From a virus, in IMG/VR virus record IMGVR_UViG_3300009163_000019: a DNA stretch of 64,000 nucleotides; one strand, written 5' to 3'. Position 1 is the stretch's first letter. Each line of letters opens with the position of its first letter. Under the pieces are notes generated by a model. The model was not told where the DNA came from. It saw only the letters and a program-made list of their open reading frames with translations, and did not search any database. The translations under genes were made by a program, and so were the position numbers. Below are positions 9,448 through 19,400 of this stretch, piece after piece.

Positions 9448-12400
9448 TTAACATGGACCTGCGGCTATATTTGCTGTAAATCCTCTAGTAGGTGTTGCAG
9501 AATTTACAGCAGCTGTACACGTACCTCCTGCTGTAGGACAAGTACTGTTTGCAGATATACCACAATTATAAGGACTTCTATCTGCATTATTCACTAATTG
9601 AACTAATGCTGAATCACCTGCATTTAATATGAATGAAGCTCTAAATCCGCAAGTAGAAACAGCAAATGCGGCTCCTACAGGAGTATAATTAAATCCACCA
9701 TCTGTTGAATATTCAAATTGAACAAAAGTTGCATTATCACTAGTTTTACCATATAAATTAACAGTAAATGGACCAGACGTAGACGGAGTTACACTAGGAG
9801 TTCTAGTTGGCGTTGGTGATGGTGAAGGACAAGCCGCTATACTTTGAATCAATCCACTACCTCCTGTTACTGTACCATAATTCGTTCCATTAGAATAGAA
9901 TCCGTTATTTACTGTATTAGATCCTATTGAATCCATAGCATTTGTTTTATATAGAATCATACCAGCTTGAAATGCTGAGGTATACGAATAATATGTTGTT
10001 AAAGTTTCTGTTGCTGTACATGCAGTTAATCCACTTGATGCATTATAGTATAACGCATAAGAATATACTACTCTACTAGGACTAGGAGTATTACTAGGTG
10101 TTATACTAGGAGTTATACTAGGTGTTACTGTTCTAGTAGGAGTTATACTAGGAGTTATACTAGGTGTTTTACTAGGTGTTACTGTTCTAGTAGGAGTTAT
10201 ACTAGGAGTTATACTAGGTGTTACTGTTCTAGTAGGAGTTATACTAGGAGTTACACTAGGTGTTGTTGATCTAGTAGTACTTACACTAGGAGTCGGTACC
10301 GCTGTACAATCTTGAACATTAGTTATATTTCCTGCTCCATCCATTTCAACAGCGTATGTGACACCACTTCTAGTAATATAGTGCCATGTAGTTCCTAAAT
10401 ATTTATTAGCCGGATTTAAAGTATCAGTAGTATATATAATGCCTCCTATTGCAGGAACATTATAAGATGAATTCATCCATACAGGAAGGGACGCTCCAGC
10501 ATTAGCGCAAGCTAATGTAGATGTTGCGTATGCTGTATTATTAATTAAATATGCAACAGGTGCCGCAGTAACACTAGGAGTTACGCTAGGAGTTATACTA
10601 GGTGTAATACTAGGAGTTCTACTAGGTGTTACGCTAGGAGTGCCGCTAACGCTAATTGACGGAGTAGGTGCAGGAGTACACGCTATATTTACTGTATATG
10701 TATCAGTTTTTGGATCAGCAGGATTATATGTTCCTGTTTCAACTAATAAGTAATATGTTATACTATTATTATAAGTAAAATCTAAATATCCAGTAGGTGA
10801 TCCGAATGTATTAGGCGTTGGAAGGGTTGGACAATCCCAATCAGGCGCGGAATAACAAAAATCAGATCCTACCCAACTTGAAGAAACGGCAGTTGCTATG
10901 CCATTTTCATAGACTGTAAATCTATTAGGCCTTTCATAAGCTTGATAAAAAAGTGATATTGCACTTCCATTAGGAGTAGATGAAAAATCTAAACAATAAA
11001 ATTCCTGATGGTAATCATTACCACTATATCCTCCTGATATAATATCTCCACAATCATTTGGACATCCACCTGGACCATATGCCGATCTTGTAGGACTTAC
11101 AGAAGGTGTATTAGTTGCTGTGGGAGTGGGGGGTGGTGTACAAATAACTCTTATATAATAAGCATCTGTTATTCCAATATCCTCACAAATATCAACTATC
11201 ACATAATATGTTCTTGAACTATTGTATGTAAATGTTGTATCTACAGGGTTTATGTCAATAGGAGTACAAGGGGAACTAGGTGCTGATGATGGTGATCCTA
11301 ACCATCCAGTTGTAAATATCGGTGATGGATTTACGCTATCATACAATGTAAATCTGTCAGGCCTATCTCTTCCATCAAATTGTATATATATAGAAGAACC
11401 ATTTGCCGTAGATGTTAAATCAAGATTTACTTGTTGTTGTGATGCATTATTAGGACTATAAGAACCTATATAACTACCTCCACAACTTAATACTGGATTT
11501 GGTGTTGTTGAAGGTGTTATAGTAATACTAGGTGTTGTACTAACTGTTATACTAGGTGTTATGCTAGGAGTTCTACTAGGTGTAATAGTAATACTAGGAG
11601 TAATACTAGGAGTAATACTCGGTGTTATGCTAGGTGTTACGCTAGGAGTTCTACTAGGCGTTGCGGTTACACTAGGTGTTGCAGTTACTGTTGGTGTAAC
11701 ACTTATACTAGGTGTTGCTGTTATACTAGGTGTTGCTGTTACTGTTGGAGTAATAGTTATACTAGGTGTTATACTAACAGTAATACTAGGTGTTACGCTA
11801 GGTGTTATGCTAGGAGTTACACTAGGTGTTATTGATATGCTAGGTGTTACGCTAGGTGTTATGCTAGGTGATACACTAGGAGTTACACTAATACTGGTAG
11901 TAATGCTAGGAGTTATACTAGGAGTTACACTAGGAGTTATACTAATACTGGTAGTGATGCTAGGTGTTATGCTAGGTGTTACACTAGGTGTTATTGATGT
12001 AGTAGTAGTAATGCTAGGAGTTATACTAGGTGTAATACTTGGCGTAATGCTAGGTGTTATACTAGGGGTAACTGTTGCTGTTACACTAGTAGTAATACTA
12101 GGAGTTATACTAGGTGTTACGCTAACAGATATACTAGGAGTTATACTTGGAGTTACACTAGTAGTAATACTAGGAGTTACGCTAGGTGTTATGCTAGGAG
12201 TTACTGATATACTAGGTGTTACACTAGGAGTCATTGTTATAGTTACACCTGGTGTTGATGTTGGACTAGCTGTCAAAGTTATAGTAGGAGTAATACTTAT
12301 GCTAGGTGTTGCTGTTACTGTTGGCGTAATAGTTATACTAGGCGTTGCTGTTACACTAGGTGTTGCAGTTATACTAGGTGTAATACTAATACTAGGCGTT

Positions 12401-13413
12401 GCTGTTACACTAGGCGTTGCTGTTACACTAGGTGTAATACTTATGCTAGGTGTAGATGTTACAGTTGGTGTAATAGTTATACTAGGCGTTGCTGTTAAAC
12501 TAGGTGTAATACTTATACTAGGTGTAGATGTTACAGTTGGCGTAATAGATATACTAGGCGTTGCTGTTACACTAGGCGTTGCTGTTACACTAGGTGTAAT
12601 ACTTATGCTAGGTGTTACACTAGGAGTCATTGTTATAGTTACACCTGGTGTTGATGTTGGGCTAGCTGTCAAAGTTATAGTAGGTGTAATACTTATGCTA
12701 GGTGTAATAGTTACTGTCGGGGTAATAGTTACACTAGGTGTTGCTGTTACAGTTGGTGTAATAGTTATACTAGGCGTTGCTGTTACACTAGGTGTAGGTG
12801 TTACCGTTGGTGTAATAGTTATACTAGGAGTCGCAGTCATACTAGGTGTTGTTGTTACTGTTGGACTAATACTTACACTAGGTGTTGCGGTTACTGTTGG
12901 AGTAATACTTATACTAGGTGTTGCAGATACTGTTGGACTAATACTTACACTAGGTGTAGATGTTACCGTTGGTGTAATAGTTATACTAGGTGTTGCTGTT
13001 ACAGTTGGTGTTATGCTAGGAGTTACACTAGGTGTTATTGATATAGTAGTAGTAATACTAGGAGTTATACTAGGTGTAATACTAGGAGTTACGGTAACAG
13101 ATATACTAGGAGTTATACTAACAGTTATACTAGGTGTAATACTCGGTGTTATAGAAACAGTAACAGATGGAGTAGGACTCGGAGCAACTATATATCTAAT
13201 TACTTGATTATTACCTGAACAAAATTCTTGATTTATTAATTTTACATAAACACTATTATCATTTATAGTTACTGTATAACCTGCTAATAAAGTATCAATT
13301 GAAACATTTGCCTGGATTAATACATCTGGACCACTATAACTTGTACCGTAATACAAATTAAACGGCCCTACCGAATCTCCATATGTACTTCCTAATGTTA
13401 TTAATACTTGCAT
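9448..13413 (-). CDS. Mucin-like Pro/Thr/Ser-rich virion-associated protein with Cys-bounded globular domains
   Basis: About 560 aa of (T-P-S/T-I/V)n-type repeats, three shorter PTS linkers and duplicated Cys-flanked domains. It has no signal peptide and lies downstream of the baseplate genes. Confidence 0.8.
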   Translation of the reverse strand: MQVLITLGSTYGDSVGPFNLYYGTSYSGPDVLIQANVSIDTLLAGYTVTINDNSVYVKLINQEFCSGNNQVIRYIVAPSPTPSVTVSITPSITPSITVSITPSISVTVTPSITPSITPSITTTISITPSVTPSITPTVTATPSITITPTVTSTPSVSISPTVSATPSISITPTVTATPSVSISPTVTTTPSMTATPSITITPTVTPTPSVTATPSITITPTVTATPSVTITPTVTITPSISITPTITLTASPTSTPGVTITMTPSVTPSISITPSVTATPSVTATPSISITPTVTSTPSISITPSLTATPSITITPTVTSTPSISITPSVTATPSVTATPSISITPSITATPSVTATPSITITPTVTATPSISITPTITLTASPTSTPGVTITMTPSVTPSISVTPSITPSVTPSITTSVTPSITPSISVSVTPSITPSITTSVTATVTPSITPSITPSITPSITPSITTTTSITPSVTPSITPSITTSISITPSVTPSITPSITTSISVTPSVSPSITPSVTPSISITPSVTPSITPSVTPSITVSITPSITITPTVTATPSITATPSISVTPTVTATPSVTATPSRTPSVTPSITPSITPSITPSITITPSRTPSITPSITVSTTPSITITPSTTPNPVLSCGGSYIGSYSPNNASQQQVNLDLTSTANGSSIYIQFDGRDRPDRFTLYDSVNPSPIFTTGWLGSPSSAPSSPCTPIDINPVDTTFTYNSSRTYYVIVDICEDIGITDAYYIRVICTPPPTPTATNTPSVSPTRSAYGPGGCPNDCGDIISGGYSGNDYHQEFYCLDFSSTPNGSAISLFYQAYERPNRFTVYENGIATAVSSSWVGSDFCYSAPDWDCPTLPTPNTFGSPTGYLDFTYNNSITYYLLVETGTYNPADPKTDTYTVNIACTPAPTPSISVSGTPSVTPSRTPSITPSITPSVTPSVTAAPVAYLINNTAYATSTLACANAGASLPVWMNSSYNVPAIGGIIYTTDTLNPANKYLGTTWHYITRSGVTYAVEMDGAGNITNVQDCTAVPTPSVSTTRSTTPSVTPSITPTRTVTPSITPSITPTRTVTPSKTPSITPSITPTRTVTPSITPSITPSNTPSPSRVVYSYALYYNASSGLTACTATETLTTYYSYTSAFQAGMILYKTNAMDSIGSNTVNNGFYSNGTNYGTVTGGSGLIQSIAACPSPSPTPTRTPSVTPSTSGPFTVNLYGKTSDNATFVQFEYSTDGGFNYTPVGAAFAVSTCGFRASFILNAGDSALVQLVNNADRSPYNCGISANSTCPTAGGTCTAAVNSATPTRGFTANIAAGPC
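11500..13185 (-). repeat. Degenerate 12/18-bp tandem repeats encoding the TPSI/TPSVTA mucin region
   Basis: The + strand shows repeated actaggtgttat / actaggcgttgctgttac units. Confidence 0.95.
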
Positions 13414-13434
13414 TTAATTTAAATACTTTTTTTA

Positions 13435-14697
13435 TTATAGTATATTGCTACATTGATTATATCCTGTTATTCTATATACTTTTCCATTTACTGTAATATC
13501 TTGTGGACTAGATGTTATATTAGTTCCATTTAATGATAATACAGAAGGTTTCCAACTATTTGCCGTGTAAATTCCAGATCCATTATCGCATATAGGATTA
13601 CTATCATAAAATTGAGGATATGCAGATCCTGAAGGTATAAATAATTCAGTACTTAATGAATTATAGAATACATCAGTTCTAAATATACAGGCTCCTAAAT
13701 TAGTTCCATTACAACTTGTACCTGTGTATTTTATTATTTGTCCTGTTATAGTTAAATCGTCAGCTATAGATCCAGAAGTTATTTCTCCTGTAACCTTGAC
13801 ATCACCAGATCCATTATTAAATCCATAAACTAATATTTTAGCTTGTATAATAGAATTAGAAGTTGATGGTGTTACTGTTACAGTAGGAGTTTGTGTTACT
13901 GTTGGTGTTATAGTTATACTTGGCGTTATACTAGGGGTTATACTAACAGTTGTACTTGGTGTTTTACTAACTGTCTTACTAGGTGTCTTACTAGGAGTTG
14001 TAGTTTTAGTTGGTGTTATACTAGGAGTAATACTCGGTGTTTTACTTGGTGTTACAGTAGGTGTTTGAGTAAGTCCTGGTGTTATAGAAATTGTTACACT
14101 TGGACTAGGAGACGCAGCTATTATTGTAGATAGTGTAAAATCAAAACTAGGATCTGCTACTAAACATACATAATCTTCATTTGTAAATGTAATAATTCCT
14201 TGTGCATATAAAACATTTCCTACATGAACATTATTATTAAATGTGTCTACTATATTACCATTACCATCATCTATAATATTATAACTAGTTCCATCAGTAG
14301 AAGCAATATTAACTGTTCTTCTACTCATTTGTTCTCCAAACTGTCTTGATGGAATTGCAAAAAATCCTATATTACTTCCAGTAGCAGAAGGAAAATATCG
14401 ATTATCATCATCTAAACTACCCGATGCTCCTGTAGATTGTATAGAAGGATCCCAATAAGAAGCGGATCCTATAATAGATCCAGTTATATAATTTTGATAA
14501 TAAAGTTGCTTTATTACAGCATACTTATTTCTCTTAATAAAGGGTAACCCAGGAGAAGGTGAAACTATATTCGTACCCCTATTAGTAGTTATTCCGTAGT
14601 CCAGTAAAGACTGACTCGCATAGGTAGCAGAATATTTTACTTTTATAGGAGCCGAAGATATATCCGATTTTTTTATGGTATTCTTCGATCTGCTCAT
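13435..14697 (-). CDS. Baseplate/tail structural protein N-terminal half fused to a PTS repeat and a Cys-containing domain
   Basis: The N-terminal ~175 aa align with the N-terminal part of 14704..15735. A TPS repeat spans ~14110-13860. Confidence 0.7.
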   Translation of the reverse strand: MSRSKNTIKKSDISSAPIKVKYSATYASQSLLDYGITTNRGTNIVSPSPGLPFIKRNKYAVIKQLYYQNYITGSIIGSASYWDPSIQSTGASGSLDDDNRYFPSATGSNIGFFAIPSRQFGEQMSRRTVNIASTDGTSYNIIDDGNGNIVDTFNNNVHVGNVLYAQGIITFTNEDYVCLVADPSFDFTLSTIIAASPSPSVTISITPGLTQTPTVTPSKTPSITPSITPTKTTTPSKTPSKTVSKTPSTTVSITPSITPSITITPTVTQTPTVTVTPSTSNSIIQAKILVYGFNNGSGDVKVTGEITSGSIADDLTITGQIIKYTGTSCNGTNLGACIFRTDVFYNSLSTELFIPSGSAYPQFYDSNPICDNGSGIYTANSWKPSVLSLNGTNITSSPQDITVNGKVYRITGYNQCSNIL

Positions 14698-14703
14698 TTA
14701 ATT

Positions 14704-15735
14704 TTACCAATCTAATTTTACTCTAATTAAAGCCTCTTTAGTAAAGTCTTTTGTCAAAGGTTTAGATAATTTAGCTACTGCTACTAATTCATTATTATCA
14801 TTATACATACCTACAGATGTTGGAAATGTCTGTGGACTATTAATAAAGTTTGAGTATATTAATGTACCAGATCCTGATATAAATGAAGGATTGGTTGTAT
14901 AATTATATTCTCCATTTTTAATTCTTACAAAAATATAATCAGAAGATATAGTTTCTTGAGAATTTAATTGGAAATAAGCGCCTCTATTAATTGCTTGGAA
15001 AATAAGTTCTTGATTTGCATTAGCCGCTTGAGCAGTTGCTGCAGTACTTAAAGTATATCCTAATCCACCTGCATTTGCCGGTAAGCTAATAGCCTTTGGA
15101 TTTAAAACAATTAATCCAAGATCTGGGAGCATTAAACCATAACTACCTGAGGCAGTATATCCTTTAGCAGAAGCTCCTGATAATAGTGGACTATTTACAG
15201 CACTACCATTAGAACCTGAGATAATATCATAAACTCTTCCACCATCTACATAATTAACGATACTAACATCATTAGAATTATCTGTAAGAGTTAAAACATT
15301 TGTTCCATTACTAAGTCTTAGATTAAAAGTACCAGGGAAAAGACTCTCTTTATACTTATTTCTATCAACAGGAATTGCAATTAAATCAATTGAAGAGGTA
15401 TTACCAGCTCCAAAATTTACAGCGCTTTCTGCATCTCCATAAATTAAATTTCTATACTGACCAAAAGTAATTCTTGTCGGAGTATTTGCTAAAACTAAAT
15501 TATTAAGAGGAGCAGATCCTGATCCTAAAGCATGTCCGTAAGCAAATGAAAATTGTATAGAAGAAGTAGTTGCTGTTACTGGCGCATTATATACATCTAA
15601 GTAATTGCTTCCAGTATTTGCTGCTGATGCTGTATAAAATGAAGATAATATAGTAGCACCATTACTCCAAGCCGGGGCTGTAACGGAATCAGATGATACT
15701 ACAAAATCTGTTGGGTCTAATCTTGTAAATGACAT
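14704..15735 (-). CDS. Baseplate/tail structural protein
   Basis: Lies in the baseplate operon and is Ser/Gly/Thr-rich. The C-terminal VGMYN..ELVAVAKL is reminiscent of tail-collar/baseplate domains. Confidence 0.6.
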   Translation of the reverse strand: MSFTRLDPTDFVVSSDSVTAPAWSNGATILSSFYTASAANTGSNYLDVYNAPVTATTSSIQFSFAYGHALGSGSAPLNNLVLANTPTRITFGQYRNLIYGDAESAVNFGAGNTSSIDLIAIPVDRNKYKESLFPGTFNLRLSNGTNVLTLTDNSNDVSIVNYVDGGRVYDIISGSNGSAVNSPLLSGASAKGYTASGSYGLMLPDLGLIVLNPKAISLPANAGGLGYTLSTAATAQAANANQELIFQAINRGAYFQLNSQETISSDYIFVRIKNGEYNYTTNPSFISGSGTLIYSNFINSPQTFPTSVGMYNDNNELVAVAKLSKPLTKDFTKEALIRVKLDW

Positions 15736-15746
15736 ATCTTATTTTA

Positions 15747-16406
15747 TTATTGATTTACTTTTGTAATAGTTACAGGAATACTAATTCTAGCACCAGAATC
15801 ACGACCAACAACAATCAGTGTTGTATATAATGAAGTATTAGCTCCAAATAATGTATTAACAGTAGTTGCACTTATGTTAATAGTTGTTCCAATTACTGTT
15901 TTACTTACATTCGTACCAATAGTTGCGGTAGAATTTAAACTAGTTGCTTCAGCAGTATTAATACCGACTCCATTAAATGAACTCATAGTTCTAACATCAC
16001 CAATAGTAGCCACATATCCTGATTGCTCAAATGTAGATGTAGCTCCTAAATAGTTTAAAGTCTGTGGAGTTATAGAAAGAGAAGCACCTTGGCGAATAAC
16101 AATTGCGGTATATCCAAGATCTAGTACAGGTATTTTAGCTGTTCCTCTAGGAAGCGTAATTAACTTATACTTCATTATTTCTGTATCATTAGGATATGCT
16201 TGAAGTATTGGCATGGCTTCTATAGCCTCACCATAAAAAGCAGATCCAGAAGGATGATTTGGATTATATAAAGTGTAATCTATCTCGTCATCAGCTAAAG
16301 AGAATTGAGTAATTCTAAATGATCCATCATTACGAGCTAAAAGCTCTCTACCTTTCTTAGTTAGGATGGCATCAACAATTACTGAGGAATTTTGTAAATA
16401 TGACAT
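15747..16406 (-). CDS. Baseplate/tail structural protein
   Basis: N-terminal DAILTKKGRELLA...ITQFSLADDEIDY, beta-rich C-terminus, late motif upstream at 16424. Confidence 0.6.
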   Translation of the reverse strand: MSYLQNSSVIVDAILTKKGRELLARNDGSFRITQFSLADDEIDYTLYNPNHPSGSAFYGEAIEAMPILQAYPNDTEIMKYKLITLPRGTAKIPVLDLGYTAIVIRQGASLSITPQTLNYLGATSTFEQSGYVATIGDVRTMSSFNGVGINTAEATSLNSTATIGTNVSKTVIGTTINISATTVNTLFGANTSLYTTLIVVGRDSGARISIPVTITKVNQ

Positions 16407-16446
16407 AAAAAATGGGCTTTTAAATAAATATATCTAATTTTGTTTT

Positions 16447-19400
16447 TTATTGTATTAAATTCTGCTGTTTTAAAGCTTTTACTGTATTACCAGCATTTGC
16501 TTGAACAACTTCATCTATATATTGAGGAAATAATAAACCATTTTCAACTAAAGTAGAATCTTTTGGATTATATCTAAGCATAACATTAGTTTCGTCAGGT
16601 AGATGTTTCCATACAACATACCTACACGCACGGAATGGTGAACCAGTAAAGGCATCTATAGGAACTCCGGAACCAGAGGATAGAAGTGCTCCATCTATAG
16701 ACCTGTCTACTTCAGCTATTAATCTAGATCCAGTAACGCCAGATCCTGTAAATATAATATTTTTTATACTATATTCAAATCTTTCATCCCAACCAAGAGA
16801 GGATGTATTATATAGAGATATTCTATCTCCAACATTTAAAGTAAATGGAGTTATCACCCTTTCTAATGGAGATGTACTCCAGTAATCATCAGAAGTTGAA
16901 TTATATACCAATCCATAATCATAATAATATGCTATAGCCGAATCAAATACTATTTGTTTAGATTGAGATAAATAATATAAACAGTTTTGAGATGCACTAA
17001 CATTAGTAGTTAAAATAGTAGTAGTAAAAGTTGTACCACCTCCGCCTCCTCCTCGTTGCTCAATGCCATCAATATATTTTGTACATGTCCGACTAAATCC
17101 AGAGTTTGACCATCTAGCATTTGGATCAGTTTCTAGACTACATCCACTACCTAATCCAGAGGGTGTTAATACACTTGTATCACTAGCAATTGTTGTTCCG
17201 TCCGATGTTTGCCCAGTATTAATACTTAATACTCTTTCTGTTAATGTTCCGCATGTACCATTTGAACTCATAGCAGCCATAATATACACATAAACATCAA
17301 AAGTCACAGCTTGAGGAGTAGACGCTCCATTAGGATGGTATGAGGCACTTACGCCGGAAAAATAAATAGATTCAGAACCATTGTCTTGTTCGCAAACATA
17401 GTATCCTACTCTCCAGTTACTAGATTTTAATTCAGGAGAATTAGGATCTATACCACCGCCGCTACTACCTTGTATTATTATTGGTATTGGAGTATCTAAA
17501 CTAAATGATTGTGTTGTAGTAGATCTAGAACCACTTACTTGATGTAGTATTGGTAAATATCTAAATCCGCCTTCATATATTGTGGTAGTAGGATTATTTA
17601 CTAGTTGCTGAGAAAATGGATTTCTTTCATCATATTCAAATAGGGAGATATTTGAAGTCTCTCCTGATTTATATATATTCTGAACAGAAAATATGTTATT
17701 ATTTGCTTTAGTAAGATCTAATACATTTTGATTATTATCAATAACATATTTTATTTGTGCATTAGATCTTTTCGGTAAAAACATAGATGATGAATAGATA
17801 TCAACTAAATAAGCGTATTGATATTTTATCTTATCTATTGCAGCTGTTTTACCATAAGAATCATCTCCTACTGTATAAGTTGTATAAGTTGCACTCACAG
17901 TTTGTGATCCTTTATATCTAGGAAGTATAGATCTTTCTAAAAAGTAATTATAATCCTGAACATAAGCATATGGGCTCATAGGATTTGTATAATCCGCATA
18001 ATTATTTATCTGTGAATTATTTAGAGATCCTGTTATTATATTAAAATTAACAGGCTTTGATTGATCTGCCGTGTAGTCTAGATCTAATAAATAAAGAGAC
18101 CTTACAGAACTAGTAACATTTTGATATAGAGCTCCTCTAGAAACAGTAACAACACCTGATGATGTTGCAGGAAGATTTGAATTTTCTGATTGATCAAAAG
18201 CATCTCCAGTAGTAACTACTATTTCTGATCCTGCTAATTCTCCTGTATATTGTTCATAGTTTTGAGAACTAGTATAAGCAACATTACCTAAAGGTGTAGT
18301 AATTAAGCCTGTCCAATAAGTAGATCCAGATAGCGCGCCTCCTGTAGATCCTTCTACATAAAGCATATCTATAGATTGTGAATAGTTCATATTAAGACTC
18401 ATGCTAGGCTCATATCTTGCATACTTATTCCTTTCTAGCATATGAGATTTTACAATTATACCTGTAGATAGATTTGCTCTAGCAGGTACAAAGTCTTTAA
18501 TCATTTTGAATAAAGAGTTATTGTAAAATTTAATTAATCTTATATATTCCCAAACACTACTAGGTTGTGTATAGTTTGCAAAATAGGCATTACTTGCACT
18601 AACTAGTGGCGCATATGATGATGATTGTTGATATCCTGGGCTTCCTATTAATTGATTAATATCAAAAAATCCTTGAGATGCAGTTATATTTGTATTAATA
18701 GTATCTGCTGGTGAAAATCCTACTTCAATATTTGTACTATTAACTCTATGATCTTTATCATAAAATTGTAAAGTAGCATAAGGTGAAAGTAATGATGAGG
18801 ATAAAGCTAAGCTGCCAGATACATTCCCATTACTTCCAGTAGAAATATTTATTTTGTAATCCGTTGTATCTAAATCAAATGCGCCATCAACAGAATCAAT
18901 TGGATTACCACCAAATTCTCTAACGGTTAAAATTTCTTCAGGAATACCAAAAGTACTGATTAGGGCTTTTATACCTCTTTGTGTACCTTTTGTTTTAAGT
19001 AAATACGGTAAGTTATGATATAATCTTTTATATAATTCATCTTGAATAGTAGCCGCAGGAAGTGTAGTTAAACTTGAAGTAACATAATTGGTTATAAGTT
19101 CAGATCCAGTTGGAGGCAATAATCCACCATCAGTATTAATACCAAACAACGTATAGTACAGGTTATCAGATACATTTGAATTAGTATATAATTGCATTCC
19201 AAAACCCTTTAGAGCGTCAGAAACAATGTCTAATGATATACCAGTATCAGGATTATTAGTTGCATTATATCGATTAGAAAGGTCTTTATAATATATCCAA
19301 ATATTATCAAAATGCTGTCCTATCATATCTAGGAAAGTAATATATGGAGTATTACTAGAATCATCTAATAAATACTGCGGGATACTATTATGCAGTAAGT

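Noticed and set aside
11500-13185. Possible CRISPR array or DGR repeat
   Set aside because: The units are degenerate, in-frame 12/18-bp coding repeats without unique spacers. No cas operon or reverse transcriptase is present in the window.
11561-13207. 548-aa + strand ORF (MLGV.. repeats) resembling a polytopic membrane protein
   Set aside because: It is the antisense shadow of the mucin repeat. The periodic codons lack stops in that frame, and there is no promoter or start context.
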